A stretch of 63,763 nucleotides of DNA, filler included, from Craspedostauros australis (taxonomy: Eukaryota), in NCBI GenBank assembly GCA_030167865.1. It is 17 parts of 17 records of this genome, joined end to end, with 100 filler letters (N's around TTAATTAATTAA, not from the genome) between each part and the next. Parts side by side here need not be neighbours in the genome. Positions count along the whole stretch, not along the records: positions 1 to 2,096 come from JALAGF010000967.1; positions 2,197 to 4,980 come from JALAGF010000968.1; positions 5,081 to 7,421 come from JALAGF010000969.1; positions 7,522 to 10,573 come from JALAGF010000970.1; positions 10,674 to 12,454 come from JALAGF010000972.1; positions 12,555 to 14,487 come from JALAGF010000974.1; 11 more parts are not named here. The stretch is one strand, 5' to 3'. The notes beneath the pieces were generated by a model. The model had not been told where the DNA came from. It made no database searches and saw only the letters and a list, made by a program, of their open reading frames with translations. A program made the position numbers and the translations under genes. Positions 1-12,644 of this stretch are shown here, in pieces (position 1 is the stretch's first letter; every line of letters starts with the position of its first letter).

Positions 1-300
1 AACCTCAGATGACGATATCATCTGACAGACTCCTGCATCACCAATGGAACGTGACATCTGGAGAGCAGAAGGACACCTACTGACATTGACAGGATGTCAT
101 CATGTCACCACGTCGACATCTGTCTCCAAGTCAGAGCAGGAGGTGAAGATCCGATGACCGAAGGGCATCAGCATCATGGATACAGAAGGTGAACTTTAAA
201 TGGCGAGTACTCATGGAGTAGGAGCCAGTACTGAACGAACGGAGTGTCGAATGCGGAGTACGCATCGAACACGGAGTATCGTGTAGCGCAAGTACACGAT

Positions 301-303
<3 letters not shown>

Positions 304-344
<41 letters not shown>
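304..344. repeat. (GA)n microsatellite
   Basis: Perfect GA dinucleotide run. Confidence 0.95.
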
Positions 345-346
<2 letters not shown>

Positions 347-728
347 AAGAGAGAAGAGCGAGAGAGCATCTCGCGTACCGACTCATAGTCGGAGACCGAA
401 TCTACGAAACAGATTGAACCACTGAGAGCATCGGGCAAGAGAACGGGCGAACACCGAGAGGATCGGAGTAGCCAACTAATGAAATAGCAAACAGACGACT
501 GTCAACCAACACCATCTTCCACGATCGTAGGTTACCGTGAGCGGAACTTGCCAACAGCCATCCACACCGTTCGATACCATTGCAGTCTGACATCGACCGT
601 CAATGACGTCATCATTTTCGTCCACGACGAGGACAAGTCAGCCAGGTAATTGTGTCGTAGAAGCTAGCTAAATATATCTAAGCCTATGCGACAACACGCT
701 ACACCGTGTGCTAATAAAGCAATGTTAT

Positions 729-900
729 CCGATAAAAAATCGGCAGGAACGTACGATCGTACCCTGAATGGGGTCTTAAATGCATTTGAAGTGCATTAAA
801 TGCAAATGGAGTGCATTAAGACCCACTTGAGTGAACGAAGGTGCAGTCGTGCCTGATCGTGACTTAAACTTTAACAAAATAAGTACATATTCGGAATGTA
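729..900. repeat. Cluster of palindromes and inverted repeats, possibly a DNA-transposon subterminal region
   Basis: CCGAT..ATCGG (729-743); perfect palindrome GTACGATCGTAC (751-762); GGGTCTTAA (771-779) / TTAAGACCC (816-824) enclosing two imperfect 20-bp direct repeats; GTACAT..ATGTAC (883-900). Confidence 0.55.
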
Positions 901-2196
901 CGTAGAATTCTGTCGAGGGGTATTTAATTTAAACATCGGGAGAGTTGTGGTTCAAAAGTTATAGACCTTGCAATAATTTTGGTCTTCGGCCGTTGTAGAC
1001 CTTCCTTAGACTTCGCTGAGTATCGCCAAAACTCGCTGATGATGTCACACCTGTTCCTATTTTGAATTATTTGTCGCTTGCAATCTGGTTTTGACACGAT
1101 TCACAATTTCCCACGTCACATTTTCCTTCAATGTTACCGCACTTTCGACTGTTTGTTTTGCCGCATGTGGATGCAAATCATCATGGGTTTACTGCAACAT
1201 TTCGTCTTCCTTGGCTTTGCACCGTGCAGATTCTTCTTCGTCGCAACCAGAATCATGCAGCATTAGTTGCGCACTGGCGCTCGCAGTCATACGTACCATT
1301 GTGTACTTCGTTTCAGCGGTTTTTGACTTCTTTTCTTGATCTTTTTAACTTGACATACCTTCCACCTCACTCACTCGGCAAAGCGATAGCACTAGTTGTA
1401 GAGTTTTTTGCCCTCCAACGTGGAATTAGTCGTGTTGCGTAGTCCAGTCTAGAGCAAAAATGCAATCCATCCCAAAAAGTGCTTATGATGCTATATCGCA
1501 ACACCACATCATTCACAATTAAAACTAAATGTACCATGTGAACAAATAACTTGCGATGTATAGGAATATTGAACTTAAATTAAAATTGACTTCAATTTTA
1601 ACAGCATTTTTGTTGATAACGTGTGATTGTGCGTGCCACAAAACTCTGGATGGCACCATGGTGCCATCACTTTGCCATCCAAGATGATGCCCATAACCGT
1701 CTCGTTTCGACCACCTGCGCATCTCATTGTCTCCATATACCCCATATGTATCCATCCCTGCCAAGCATGCACCGCCAGATCTCCCTTCAACACACGTTGG
1801 CAGCCCATACCTGAAATCCAACATTTTTGAAAATGAAGGACAGTCCGAAGGCAGCTGCTTCATCTGATCATATCTCCCTCTCACATCCATCTCTGTTCCC
1901 CCACGCAGCACACCTCGATCCCTGATTCACTGGGGACACGTTGATGCATCCCAAAACGCCTCAAGATGGATCTCCAATTTTGTATCCATCCCGACGCAGA
2001 TGCCATTGTCAATTTTTCTTCGTGTCGAAAAAATGCGACTGCAGCATTTGGTTGGTTTCAACCTCTTCCACTCAATGTAATCGATCCCCACTTCTCNNNN
2101 NNNNNNNNNNNNNNNNNNNNNNNNNNNNNNNNNNNNNNNNTTAATTAATTAANNNNNNNNNNNNNNNNNNNNNNNNNNNNNNNNNNNNNNNNNNNN

Positions 2197-3499
2197 TTTC
2201 GCGGAAGAATTTCTTGAGGCTATACTTCGGCTTGGGCTTATCAGGCGCACCAACTGATTCCTTGCTGCCTGTGATCTCCAATGCTTGGAAGTACAGTTTA
2301 CCCTTCACACGAGATATTTTCATGGGATCAGGAAGGTGCTTGTACTCCGTTGGCGAGACCCAAGTTCGCTTGTACGTAGTCTTTTGCGCTGGAGCATTGC
2401 GCCCAACACGCTCNNNNNNNNNNNNNNNNNNNNNNNNNNNNNNNNNNNNNNNNNNNNNNNNNNNNNNNNNNNNNNNNNNNNNNNNNNNNNNNNNNNNNNN
2501 NNNNNNNNNNNNNNNNNNNNNNNNNNNNNNNNNNNNNNNNNNNNNNNNNNNNNNNNNNNNNNNNNNNNNNNNNNNNNNNNNNNNNNNNNNNNACCACTTT
2601 TCGTCCATGTGGACAAGGACAACTTGCGTATTCTCGAACAGCTTCGCTGATTCCCAGAACACACAGAAGTCCTTGGCCCAGATGTCGCGCTTTGATGTAG
2701 TGGTGCCATTGATCATAGGGAGTATTCTTGTAGAACGGTACTCGCTGCCTTCCAATTCCATGACAAAGTTGCAAATACACTTCGGACCAACGATTTGCGG
2801 GTTTCCGCTGCCTGCCAGTTTCCAAGCAATTCCGTCCCACGAGATTGCGCCATTGCACCGTCGCAACACATCCTGGAGCTCAAATTGCAGGAAGGGACCA
2901 CGCTCCAACCACATATCAGCCAGTGCTTTTGCGGATGCCAGCTCTTGAGGCGAAGCAGAGGCATAGGCAGAAGCGATTTTGTTGTTCTTGAACTGTTGGT
3001 CTGGATGTTTAAGACGTAGTTGTTTCGCAAAGGCTGCACGCTGTGTGAAGTACTGTCGTTGTTTGGTGGGGCAGGTGAAGATGCTGCTGCCTGCGTCACT
3101 TCGCTTCTTGCATTCGAGCGTCTCTGTTTGGAATTTCACAATGTTGCGTCTCACTGTGGTGCGGTCGATACCCCATGCATGGGCGATCAACTCTGCATGT
3201 GCTGGAATCCCACCCAAATTGAAATAGAGAACAATGTAGTTCCGATTGTCTTCCTTGTCAAGGCGTTTGCGAGGAATACCAGGCTTAGCGATACTACGCC
3301 CTCCATCCTTTCACAACCATCCTTTTGTTTTCGCGCCTCTCTTCATCTGCTTCGTGAGCTGGGCGATTGCTGTTGCTTTCTGACGCCGCGAGACCTCGAG
3401 AAAAGCTGCGATTTTGGCTTCTTGCGATTCCATGGTAGTTGGGGATGGTGTGGGGGGCTCAGCCTTGTTGTTGGCACGCGTGGCAGCGACAGAGTGATG
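2197..3499 (-). pseudogene. Tc1/mariner-superfamily transposase (plant/oomycete DD39D-like), with one in-frame stop and a 3' end lost in the gap
   Basis: HTH-like IAHAWGIDRTTVRRNI and first catalytic motif VHMDEKW (cf. HxDEKWF). ORFs 3311..3604 and 2141..3217 are in the same frame, separated only by TGA at 3311-3313. Confidence 0.7.
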
Positions 3500-3603
3500 C
3501 TGGGGAGAAAGGAGGGAAGGCTTAGCAAGGCCACCAGCAGTGCGAGTCCGCGCGAAGGTAACGAGGCTGTGTGGTGCGCACAGATCCTCACGAACAACAT
3601 ACA

Positions 3604-4406
3604 TGTCAGGAATCGAGGGTACGACTATGTCGTGATATCCTAGATTGCCGCACCTCCCATAATACCAAAAATAGACTAGTCAATCTACCAAAGTCGGACA
3701 CACTCCCAAGTCGATTGTGAGCCATCCTCGTCTGTGTGTCAAGAGTATGACGGACAACGGACAGACGAATGACATGATGTGTTCGTGATGACTAACGGAC
3801 AAAGATGGCGAACCTTGGATGTAAAAGAGAGACTGGAACACCGAAGTGTTCTTGAACACGAAAGTGGACCAGTGGACCAAACATCTATGGAGAAGCGCTA
3901 ACAACGATTAGTCGCTCGGAACTCAGAACATGATCGTGTGAATGACGGAGAACCGCGAAGGAGAACAAAGCGCGGATCAGAACATCATCGAAGGATTGGA
4001 CTGATCGTGCTAGAACTTGATGTTCTGACCCAAGTGTGATCATTGGTGAACATGTGAGAAAAGTGAATGAACAACGCGAAAGAGTGCACTGAATGAGTGA
4101 TTGATGTCGGATCGGAAGAGAGTGAAACTTGACATCAGCATGCATGTACTGCAGGAGTGTAGAAGGGAATCACCATGGATGAACATGATGAAATACACCT
4201 GGAATGCATGATGAGATGTGCATGATGAACAAGCTTTGCAATGATGAATACAAGAGCAACTACAGGGTGCTACTGCTATTATCATGGGCAATGGATTTGA
4301 AGATGCAAGAAATGAAGAGGATGTTCTCACAGTTCCAACAATGCAACAACAGGAATAGGTAACTAGAGACTACAACTAGAGACTGGGTTACCCCGGATTT
4401 CCAACA
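3604..4406 (-). mobile_element. Solo-LTR-like element, family A, copy 1 (803 bp)
   Basis: Minus strand begins TGTTGGAAATCCGGGG and ends CGATTCCTGACA (TG..CA, imperfect terminal IR). Both termini and the internal motifs GAACTGTGAG and TGGGAGGTGCGGCAA recur at 39725-40609. Confidence 0.7.
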
Positions 4407-4897
4407 AGTATCCAACGGAATGTCGAAGTCGAGCTGCTTTCCCAATTTCTTGGGCGTTTCAGTTTGCACCACGTCTTGTTCGGATGGTGTCACCATGTCT
4501 TCTGGTAGGAAGTAGTACGTGCTCCAACCATCCGCATCGGCACTCGCATCCTCTGGACTGCTGGTGCGGCTTGGATGGAATGGAAAGGATGACGGACCCA
4601 GAAGGTAGACTGGGGAGCCGTTCTTCGTCGTGTACCCCGAGTACATGCGATCCTTGTGCCACGGCGATGAGCAGTAGGACAAGAATGCGGTGCGTTTCTG
4701 TTCCTGCGTCGCCAACTGCTGCGTGGCAAGCGGCATGACCGATTCGGGCAGACGGCCAATGACGGCCTTGGGCTGCGTTTGCGGAACCGTGCGCAGCTTC
4801 CATGGGACAGTCTCGCTGTCGTCAACGTGCTGCAGCTGAATTTGGTATCCTGCCGTGGCCAGGTCGTCATGCGATTTCCACGTCGCCCAATCCGGCT
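4407..4897 (-). CDS. Uncharacterised coding fragment bounded by two different LTR-like termini
   Basis: Stop-free, coding-like frame PDWATWKSH...FDIPLDT; no family recognised. Confidence 0.4.
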
Positions 4898-4980
4898 TGA
4901 TAATCAGCAATTACACACAGGACAAGAGGGGAGCACCAAACACTGCACTTACGACGCCGCCTGGGTGATCAATCCAATAG
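4898..4980 (+). mobile_element. Terminus of LTR-like repeat family B (runs into gap)
   Basis: Starts TGATAATCAGCA; matches the reverse complement of 22492-22574 at 81 of 83 positions. Confidence 0.75.
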
Positions 4981-5778
4981 NNNNNNNNNNNNNNNNNNNN
5001 NNNNNNNNNNNNNNNNNNNNNNNNTTAATTAATTAANNNNNNNNNNNNNNNNNNNNNNNNNNNNNNNNNNNNNNNNNNNNTGTTGTCCCCGACTCCTGTT
5101 CGCAGTACGCAGTGCAGCGCTTCCTTCCCAGGTCAGCCTTGACTTCGTCTCATCAGTCATTCATCCATATGAGCAGCCTGAGATTCCGCTCTTGGAGCTG
5201 GTCCGCCATCAAACATCGATGAGTAGAGGCAGAATCAGAACACCAACACATCAACAGACCTTCACACGCAATGATGCGGAACACGCTCCTGCAATGATGG
5301 GTAGTTCAGATGTGTGACTGGTGTTCCCAGATCGCCGACGGAATGATGAACACGGCCTCCTGTGATGAAGGTGGGTCTGAGCACACGGATGCTGATCCTG
5401 TAACTTTACCCAACTCCACACCATTTCCGTACGTTTGCGTTTTGTTGGTATTGGAGCCGCCAACCGATTGGTTCGATTTCGTTGGCACTCGTGAATCATT
5501 TGTCACGCACGACCCAACAACCCGCGCGCCAAAAATCTCTCGCGCGCAGTTTCAGGCCTCTCTCTCTCTCGCATGTTCTCCAACTCCAACCAACACGGAA
5601 GCCACGCAAGTCTTTGTCTGCGCGATGGAATAGATCAAGCCAATGAATCTTGATGCATTCCAACTCTCTGGAGGATCCATGCGCGATCGTTTGCATGCAT
5701 ACCATACGTGGGACTACTATACTCTGTGTGACTGTATGGTGCCCTCTCCTCTCTATACTTCTGCATTTGCATTGGTGG

Positions 5779-5814
<36 letters not shown>

Positions 5815-6663
5815 CACCAATGCACCATCCACCCTCATGTTTCTGCTCCGATCCTCATGGATATGATTGAATGACTGGAGCATATCGCGGCGAACATTGG
5901 GCAGCTGTTGTTCGTCGGAACTGATTGAACACTCTCTCATGCTCGTGGCTCGTACGTACTGTACGGACCATACATGGAGATTTGCTTCCGCCAACAATCG
6001 TGTCAAATCGGTGAAGAAGGATACACACAGGATATGCGATCTTTGAAGCTTCCCTCTCGGACATNGTGAGAAAATGGCACCGATGACACCAGCAAACATT
6101 CCACCTCGGCAACTGTGAATAAAATTGAATAAAATGATGTAAAGTAAAGCAGAGTAGAGTAGAGTAGAGTATAGTACTACAGAGTGCTCTGACAGAATCT
6201 CGCATCTATTCCATCTTCGTCTTCGTACGCATGTCGGAACAGCCATAGCAGACATTCCTCTGCTCCGTATGCTGCGGTATGCTGGAACACAACATTCCAC
6301 GTCAACGAATAGCAGAAAATGAGCATGCGCAGAATCGCAAGCCAAAGATACGGAAGTGCAGAAGTGTGGAAGTCCGACAGGAAGAATTGTAGACGAGACA
6401 GTTCCAATGGACAATAGACAACAGACAATGGAGAGTGAGAGTTGCAAGTGTCGCCACTGTGACTTCTTCTTGAAGTACTACTCGTATGCAACCACTATTC
6501 ACTTTACACGGCTGCAACAATGTAACATCGTGCTATTATGGCGTTCGGCGCGAATCGCATGGATGATCCGAAATGACAAACATGAAGTGCTCACAATTTG
6601 GAACTTCACCGATCAAGAAAACCATCCCATCCCACCAAACCATATCAACCTACCTTCAACATC

Positions 6664-7421
6664 ATGTTCAAGCTTTCCCGCCCCATCTTCAACCTCTTCG
6701 TCTTGTCGACGCTCATCTCGACTCCGCCAGCTTTCGCCCACAAGCATGCTGGCGATGCCATCGAGAGCAGCAGCAACCGCGCTCTTCGTGCTGAAGACGG
6801 CCGTGGAACGACCAACAGGGGCGCCGATGGTGCCTCCGGTGGCGCGAAGAAGCTTCGCGGATTGGCCGCATCCAACGGTGGCACCGACACGGACGTCTCC
6901 TTCCACGTCCTTGGCAACGAGGATGAAACTGAGGACCCGGTGCATGATGTCGGCGCCGGCGCGACTGGCGATGATGCTGTGGTCGTCGATGAAGACCTTG
7001 TCCGCGTCGTCGTCATGTGCCCATCGGGCGTCTCTCATGAGCAATGCATCAAGGATATCGAGGCCCTGACTGCCGACGCTGGCGTCGACACGAACAACAG
7101 CATCAGCATCGTCCACGACCTTGATACCATCGATGCCGTGGCGTTGTCCTTGAGCTTGTCGGACATGCCCGTACTCAACGGGTACGACTACTACGAGGAT
7201 TTGGTCCGCGAGCCGCTGTACATCCATGATTCCGTGGTTGTGGAGGGTGCCGATGCGGACAATCATGCTGGCGGTCGCAACCTCCAAGTCGGAAGCCAAA
7301 GGAGACCGTACGGAATCGACATGGTCAACGCCCCGTTGGTGTGGGAGCAGTACAAGACCAAGGGAGAAGGCGTGACGGTTTGCGTGCTGGACACTGGAAT
7401 CGTGAGCGATCATGAAGACTT
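6664..7421 (+). CDS. Secreted subtilisin-like serine peptidase (S8), 5' part
   Basis: Signal-peptide-like MFKLSRPIFNLFVLSTLISTPPAFA, acidic pro-region, GGRNLQ processing-like site, PYGIDMVNA, catalytic-Asp motif GEGVTVCVLDTGI; truncated by gap. Confidence 0.85.
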
Positions 7422-7521
7422 NNNNNNNNNNNNNNNNNNNNNNNNNNNNNNNNNNNNNNNNNNNNTTAATTAATTAANNNNNNNNNNNNNNNNNNNNNNN
7501 NNNNNNNNNNNNNNNNNNNNN

Positions 7522-7812
7522 GTTGTAGTGCCCACCTCCTGTGGGATAGTTGTAGTTGGCATGCGTTGGAGGGGACGCAGGGGTTGGACCGTAGAGAATG
7601 GTTGGGTAGTTGGCGAGGGGTGGGGATGGTACAAAGCGTGCCACTGGAGCGATCATCCTAGATTGGTCATGAGACACCGATGGTACAAAGGGGAGAGCAT
7701 AAGGGTTGAGCCCCTGGCGAGGAGAGTGGACATCGCGACCTTTGAGAGGACGGTGAACCTTTGGTGAAGGCTGGTGGGCGTTGGCGGGAGAGTTTGGGCG
7801 TGGGTGGCTCAT
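7522..7812 (-). CDS. Pro-rich N-terminal fragment with PAM2-like motif
   Basis: MSHPRPNSP...GLNPYALPFVPS..., open into the gap. Confidence 0.35.
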
Positions 7813-8334
7813 GATCTGAAGGTGGTGGCAGGGCAAACAAAGGAGGGTGATGGGTGGCTTGATATAGACAATCGAAGATACTGTTGGAATCGGTGCTTGC
7901 TGGGTGTTTCTGGACATGTGACGAGGAACAGGACAGCCCCAAGAACCGCAGCCTGAGAGATCGCAACAGACATGACAAAGAGAAGGAGGACGACAACGAT
8001 GGTGGAAAGCCCACAGCACACCTGAGATGCCAGTACATGTATGCACACATGTCTGCATTTTCCAAAGTGATGTGCCTGTGGGTGTCATCAAAATGAGCAG
8101 CTGTCCCAGACAAACCGAGTGTCAAACATACCATCTGCAACACGTCGTATGCGACACTTCTTTCCACACTGGGACCACTGGTCTCTCTTCTTGTTTTGTT
8201 TACCAATCTTGTCGATCTTGCAACTCTATTGTATGCACATCTACAAACATCAAGAATAAAAAGAATACACTTGGTTTGATGTCAAAAGGTGCATCTACTA
8301 CAACCCATGTTATCACTATTGCTGTTACTGTCCG

Positions 8335-9625
8335 TTTGCTGCCGTTGCTGCTGCCATTCTTTGGTTGCCGCTGCTGTCGCCATTCTTCGGTTGCCGGTGC
8401 GGTTGCCGCTGCTGTCGCCATTCTGCTGTCGCCACTGCCGCCATTCTGCTGTTGCCATTCTTCGGTTGCCGCTGCGGTTGCCACTGCTGTCGCCATTCTG
8501 CTGTCGCCATTCTTTGGTTGCTATTCTTCGGTTGCCGATGCTGCTGTTGCTGCTGTCGTCATTCTTTGGTTGCTATTCTTTGGCTGCTGTTGCCATTCTT
8601 CGGTTGCCGCTGCTGTTGCCGCTGCTGTCGCCATTCTGCTGTCGCCAGTCTTTGGTTGCTATTCTTCTGTTGCCAATGCTGCTGTTACTGCTGCCGCCAT
8701 TCTGCTGTTGCCATTCTTTGGTTGCCACTGCTGTCGTCATTCTTCGGTTGCTATTCTTTGGTTGCCGCTGCTGCTGTTTCCGCTGCCGCCATTCTGCTGC
8801 CGCCATTCTGCTGTTGCCATTCTTCGGTTGCCGCTGCGGTTGCCACTGCGGTTGCCGCTGCGGTTGCCACTGCGGTTGCCACTGCTGTCGCCATTCTGCT
8901 GTCGCCATTCTGCTGTCGCCATTCTTTGGTTGCCATTCTTCGGTTGCCGTTGCTGCTGTTGCTGCTGCCACCATTCTTCGGTTGCCGCTGCTGTCGCCAT
9001 TCTGTGGTTGCTATTCTTCAGTTGCCGTTGCTGCTGTCGCCGCTGTCGCCATTCTGCTGTTGCCATTCTTTGGTTGCCGCTGCTGTCATCATTCTGCTGT
9101 TGCCATTCTGCGGTTGCTATTCTTCGATTGCCATTCTGCTGTTGCCATTCTTCGGTTGCAGCTGCGGTTGCCGGTGCAGTTGCCGCTGCTGTCGCCATTC
9201 TGCTGTCGCCAGTCTTTGGTTGCCATTCTTCGGTTGCCGTTGCTGCTGTTGCTGCTGCCGCCATTCTGCTGTTGCCATTCTTCGGTTGCCGCTGCGGTTG
9301 CAGGTGCGGTTGCCGCTGCTGTCGCCATTCTGCTGTCGCCATTCTTTGGTTGCTATTCTTCAGTTTCCGTTGCTGCTGTCGCCGCTGTCGCCATTCTGCT
9401 GTTGCCATTCTTCGGTTGCCGCTGCTATCGCCGCTGTCGCTATTCTGCTGTTGTCATTCTTTGGTTGCCGCTGCCATCGCCATTCTGCTGTTGCCATTCT
9501 TCGGTTGCCATCGCCTCTGCCACCATTCTGCTGTTGCCATTCTTTGGTTGCCATTGCTGCTGTTGCTACTGTCGCCATTCTGCTGTTGCCATCCCTGTCA
9601 CCGCTGCTCTCGTTGCTGCCGTTGA
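8335..9625. repeat. ~1.3-kb variant minisatellite made of interspersed 14-nt (GCCATTCT+GCTGTY/TCGGTT/TTGGTT) and 12-nt (GCCGCT+GCTGTY/GCGGTT) units
   Basis: Units directly visible; A-poor strand explains why all three + frames are open. Confidence 0.9.
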
Positions 9626-10673
9626 GGCCACGGTTGTCATTGTGGCCACTCCATCTGACGAAGCGGCAAATTGTGTGCGGATGGCACTGCCCCTCCTTGT
9701 CTGCGGGTCGAAAGCCGCTGGCGCTGTGTTTGGCCTCAGCTCGAGGGGAGCAACGGCAAAAATGAAGTTACCATAGGTCGTAAATGAATCTGAAATGAAA
9801 CACGTATACTACGGCAACTTGGAGTGACAAACATGGCGGCAACAACCAGCTCTGAACTCCCGAGAGTGAAGTCACCAGCAAACCTGAGAAGTACCACTCC
9901 AGTGCTGTTGGCAACTTTCCATGTTTTGCTGACGAAGTGTGCATTTATTCAAGCTGCGATTGATTCACTTGTTTGAGACTATTGATGTGTGCAGCAATTC
10001 AGTTTCTGTTGGGGTTGTTGCTGTTGGGCGTCTGAGTGAGCATTTGGTGTTTCTTTTCGGAGTTGCAGAGGTGGCAGGGTTCTACTTTTTTGGTCACAAC
10101 ACAGTTGCAGTGTCCATCACAAAAGACGCTCGATCAGCATCATCGCCTTCATTTTTCACCTTGTACCCGAAGTTGATATTGATCTCACTGCACCCAGGCG
10201 GATCTTCGTCAGGCGTGAGATCTTTGCATTGATCAAAGCGATCACCAAAGTTTGGGACCTCCGTTGACGGAAAAAGTGTCCACATCTTGACAAACATGAA
10301 GCCACCCAACACAGGGAAGTCCATGCTTGCTGCCTTAATCAGTTTGTCATGGTACAATGGCGCTCCAGCTTGATCCTTGGATATCATCTTGGTTACTTCA
10401 TGCTTGCTGTCCTGTGTTGGCAAGTTCTGCTCACAGATACTCTTGCAACTGTTGACGGTGGTGGTGGTGGTAGTTGTTTCGATTTCGTTTGCTATTTCAT
10501 TTCATTGTTCCGATGCCTCTCGGAGTCTCCCAATAATCTTGGTGTCTCTCTGTCGAGATGTACATGTGAGAATNNNNNNNNNNNNNNNNNNNNNNNNNNN
10601 NNNNNNNNNNNNNNNNNTTAATTAATTAANNNNNNNNNNNNNNNNNNNNNNNNNNNNNNNNNNNNNNNNNNNN

Positions 10674-12454
10674 GCACACAGATCAATCACCCAGGGCCAT
10701 CGCCACACATCTGAGTCCCCATGATGAGAGGCACCTCCACTACGTCCAATGGCATGATGTGATTTCCGACAGCACTGACGCTCCCTTTGACAACCCTGCA
10801 CCCAACCATCGCATCGTACGAATCCTGGCGCACGAAACCAGACCCTCTGCTGTGTCTCCCTGTGACATACATGTCCATGTACTCTGGTCGGATGCAACAC
10901 AGACATGGCATCGAATGGATGATGTCCGCCTTGACGATCCATATTCCCTTGTGCAATATGCACGTACATCCAACCTCCTACAACAGCCGCAATTCCAATG
11001 GGTCCATCCAATGCTCCACAACATCAACAACATGCATACCATGCTGGTGAATGCCGCAAAGAAGGCAGACCAATTCAAACATCGATACAAGTTCGGAGTG
11101 CTTGTACCCCAATCCGTGAAGCATGCCCTATTCATCGACCGAATCAGTGGTGATACCACATGGGCTGATGCAATTCAGAAGGAGCTGAAACAGATCAACG
11201 ACCACAACACATTTCGACTTCCCACCGCTGAGGATAACATGGATGAGTATCAACGAATCCCATACCACATCATCTTCGATGTGAAGTTCGACTTGCGACG
11301 CAAAGCACGTCTCGTTGCCAATGGCAACATGTGTGAGCCTTCCGGAGAGGGTGTCTACTCTGGTGTGGTGGCCATTGAAACCATCCGCATCGCTTTTGCG
11401 ATTGCAGCCATGAACAAGCTCCAGGTGTGTGCAGCTGATGTGGGGAACGCCTTTCTGTATGCAAAGACCAAAGAGAAGCGATACATCGTTGCAGGACCCG
11501 AGTTCAAGGAACTGGAGGGACAAAAGTTGATCATCCACAAGGGACTGTATGGACTTCGCACGTCCAGCGCTCGCTTTCATGAGCACCTTGCACATCGATT
11601 CCGCAAGATGGGATTCACGCCATCACTGTATGATTCTGACCTATGGATCAAGGAACGTGATGATCACTACGAGCTCATTGCAACCTATGTCGACGATGTA
11701 CTCGTCTTCAGCCGGAAGCCCATGGTCATCATCAACGAGCTCAAGCAACATTACAACCTCAAAGGCGTCGGAGCACCTGAGTATTACCTGGGTGGAAATG
11801 TGGAATCCCTCGACACAGAATGGCAACAACATGACATCTTCACCGCCCTCTCTGCCAACACCTACATCAACAACGCAACCGCCAAGCTCGAGAAGATGCT
11901 GGACTGCACATTTCCCAACTCACAAGTCCCCATGGCCGAGTCGTATCATGCCGAAACGGATGAATCTCCCTTGCTCAGTCCTTCGAACGCAAGCAAATAC
12001 CGCTCTCTCATTGGCAGTGCCAACTGGATCATCACTCTTGGGCGGTACGACGTACAGTTCGCGGTCATGGCACTCTCCAGGTTCAGCATGGCACCTCGCG
12101 AAGGGCATCTACGAGCGATGAAACGAGTTTTTGGCTACCTGAAACACCGCAAACAGGGGCGCTTGTTGTGCGATCCACACACACCATCTCATCACCACCT
12201 TCCCTGTGGCTATGCCAGTCAATGGAACGAGTATTATCCTGACGCACAAGAGACGCTTCCATACAAGACCATCACACCCAAGGGAGCCAAGGCAACACTC
12301 ACAGTATACGTTGATGCAGATCATGCCCATGACATCGTCACCCGCCGATCCGTCACTGGGATCATTGCAAAAGTCAACGGCATGGTTGTTCGCACATACT
12401 CCAAGCGGCAACGAACCGTGGAATCCTCCACATACGGATCTGAGCTCGTCGCTG
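10674..12454 (+). mobile_element. Ty1/copia (CoDi-like) pol fragment: chromo-like segment, RT and start of RNase H; reading frame intact
   Basis: FDVKFDLRRKARLVANG, ADVGNAFL, GLYGLRTSSARF, YVDD, YRSLIGSANW, YVDADHAHDIVTRRSVTG, TVESSTYGSELVA. Confidence 0.95.
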
Positions 12455-12644
12455 NNNNNNNNNNNNNNNNNNNNNNNNNNNNNNNNNNNNNNNNNNNNTT
12501 AATTAATTAANNNNNNNNNNNNNNNNNNNNNNNNNNNNNNNNNNNNNNNNNNNNGGATAAGAACTAGGCGGAAACAAGCAATTTATGACTTAAACGCTAT
12601 GAAATAGAGCCAATTATTGCATTTTGAACTGCCCCCCTGGTCTT

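Noticed and set aside
1..696. Possible further LTR (minus strand begins TGTTGTCGCATAGG)
   Set aside because: No second copy, no far end and no family A/B motifs in the window
8027..9776. Three long overlapping Cys/Ala/Leu-rich ORFs as real proteins
   Set aside because: Explained by the A-poor minisatellite; the 14-nt units shift frame continually
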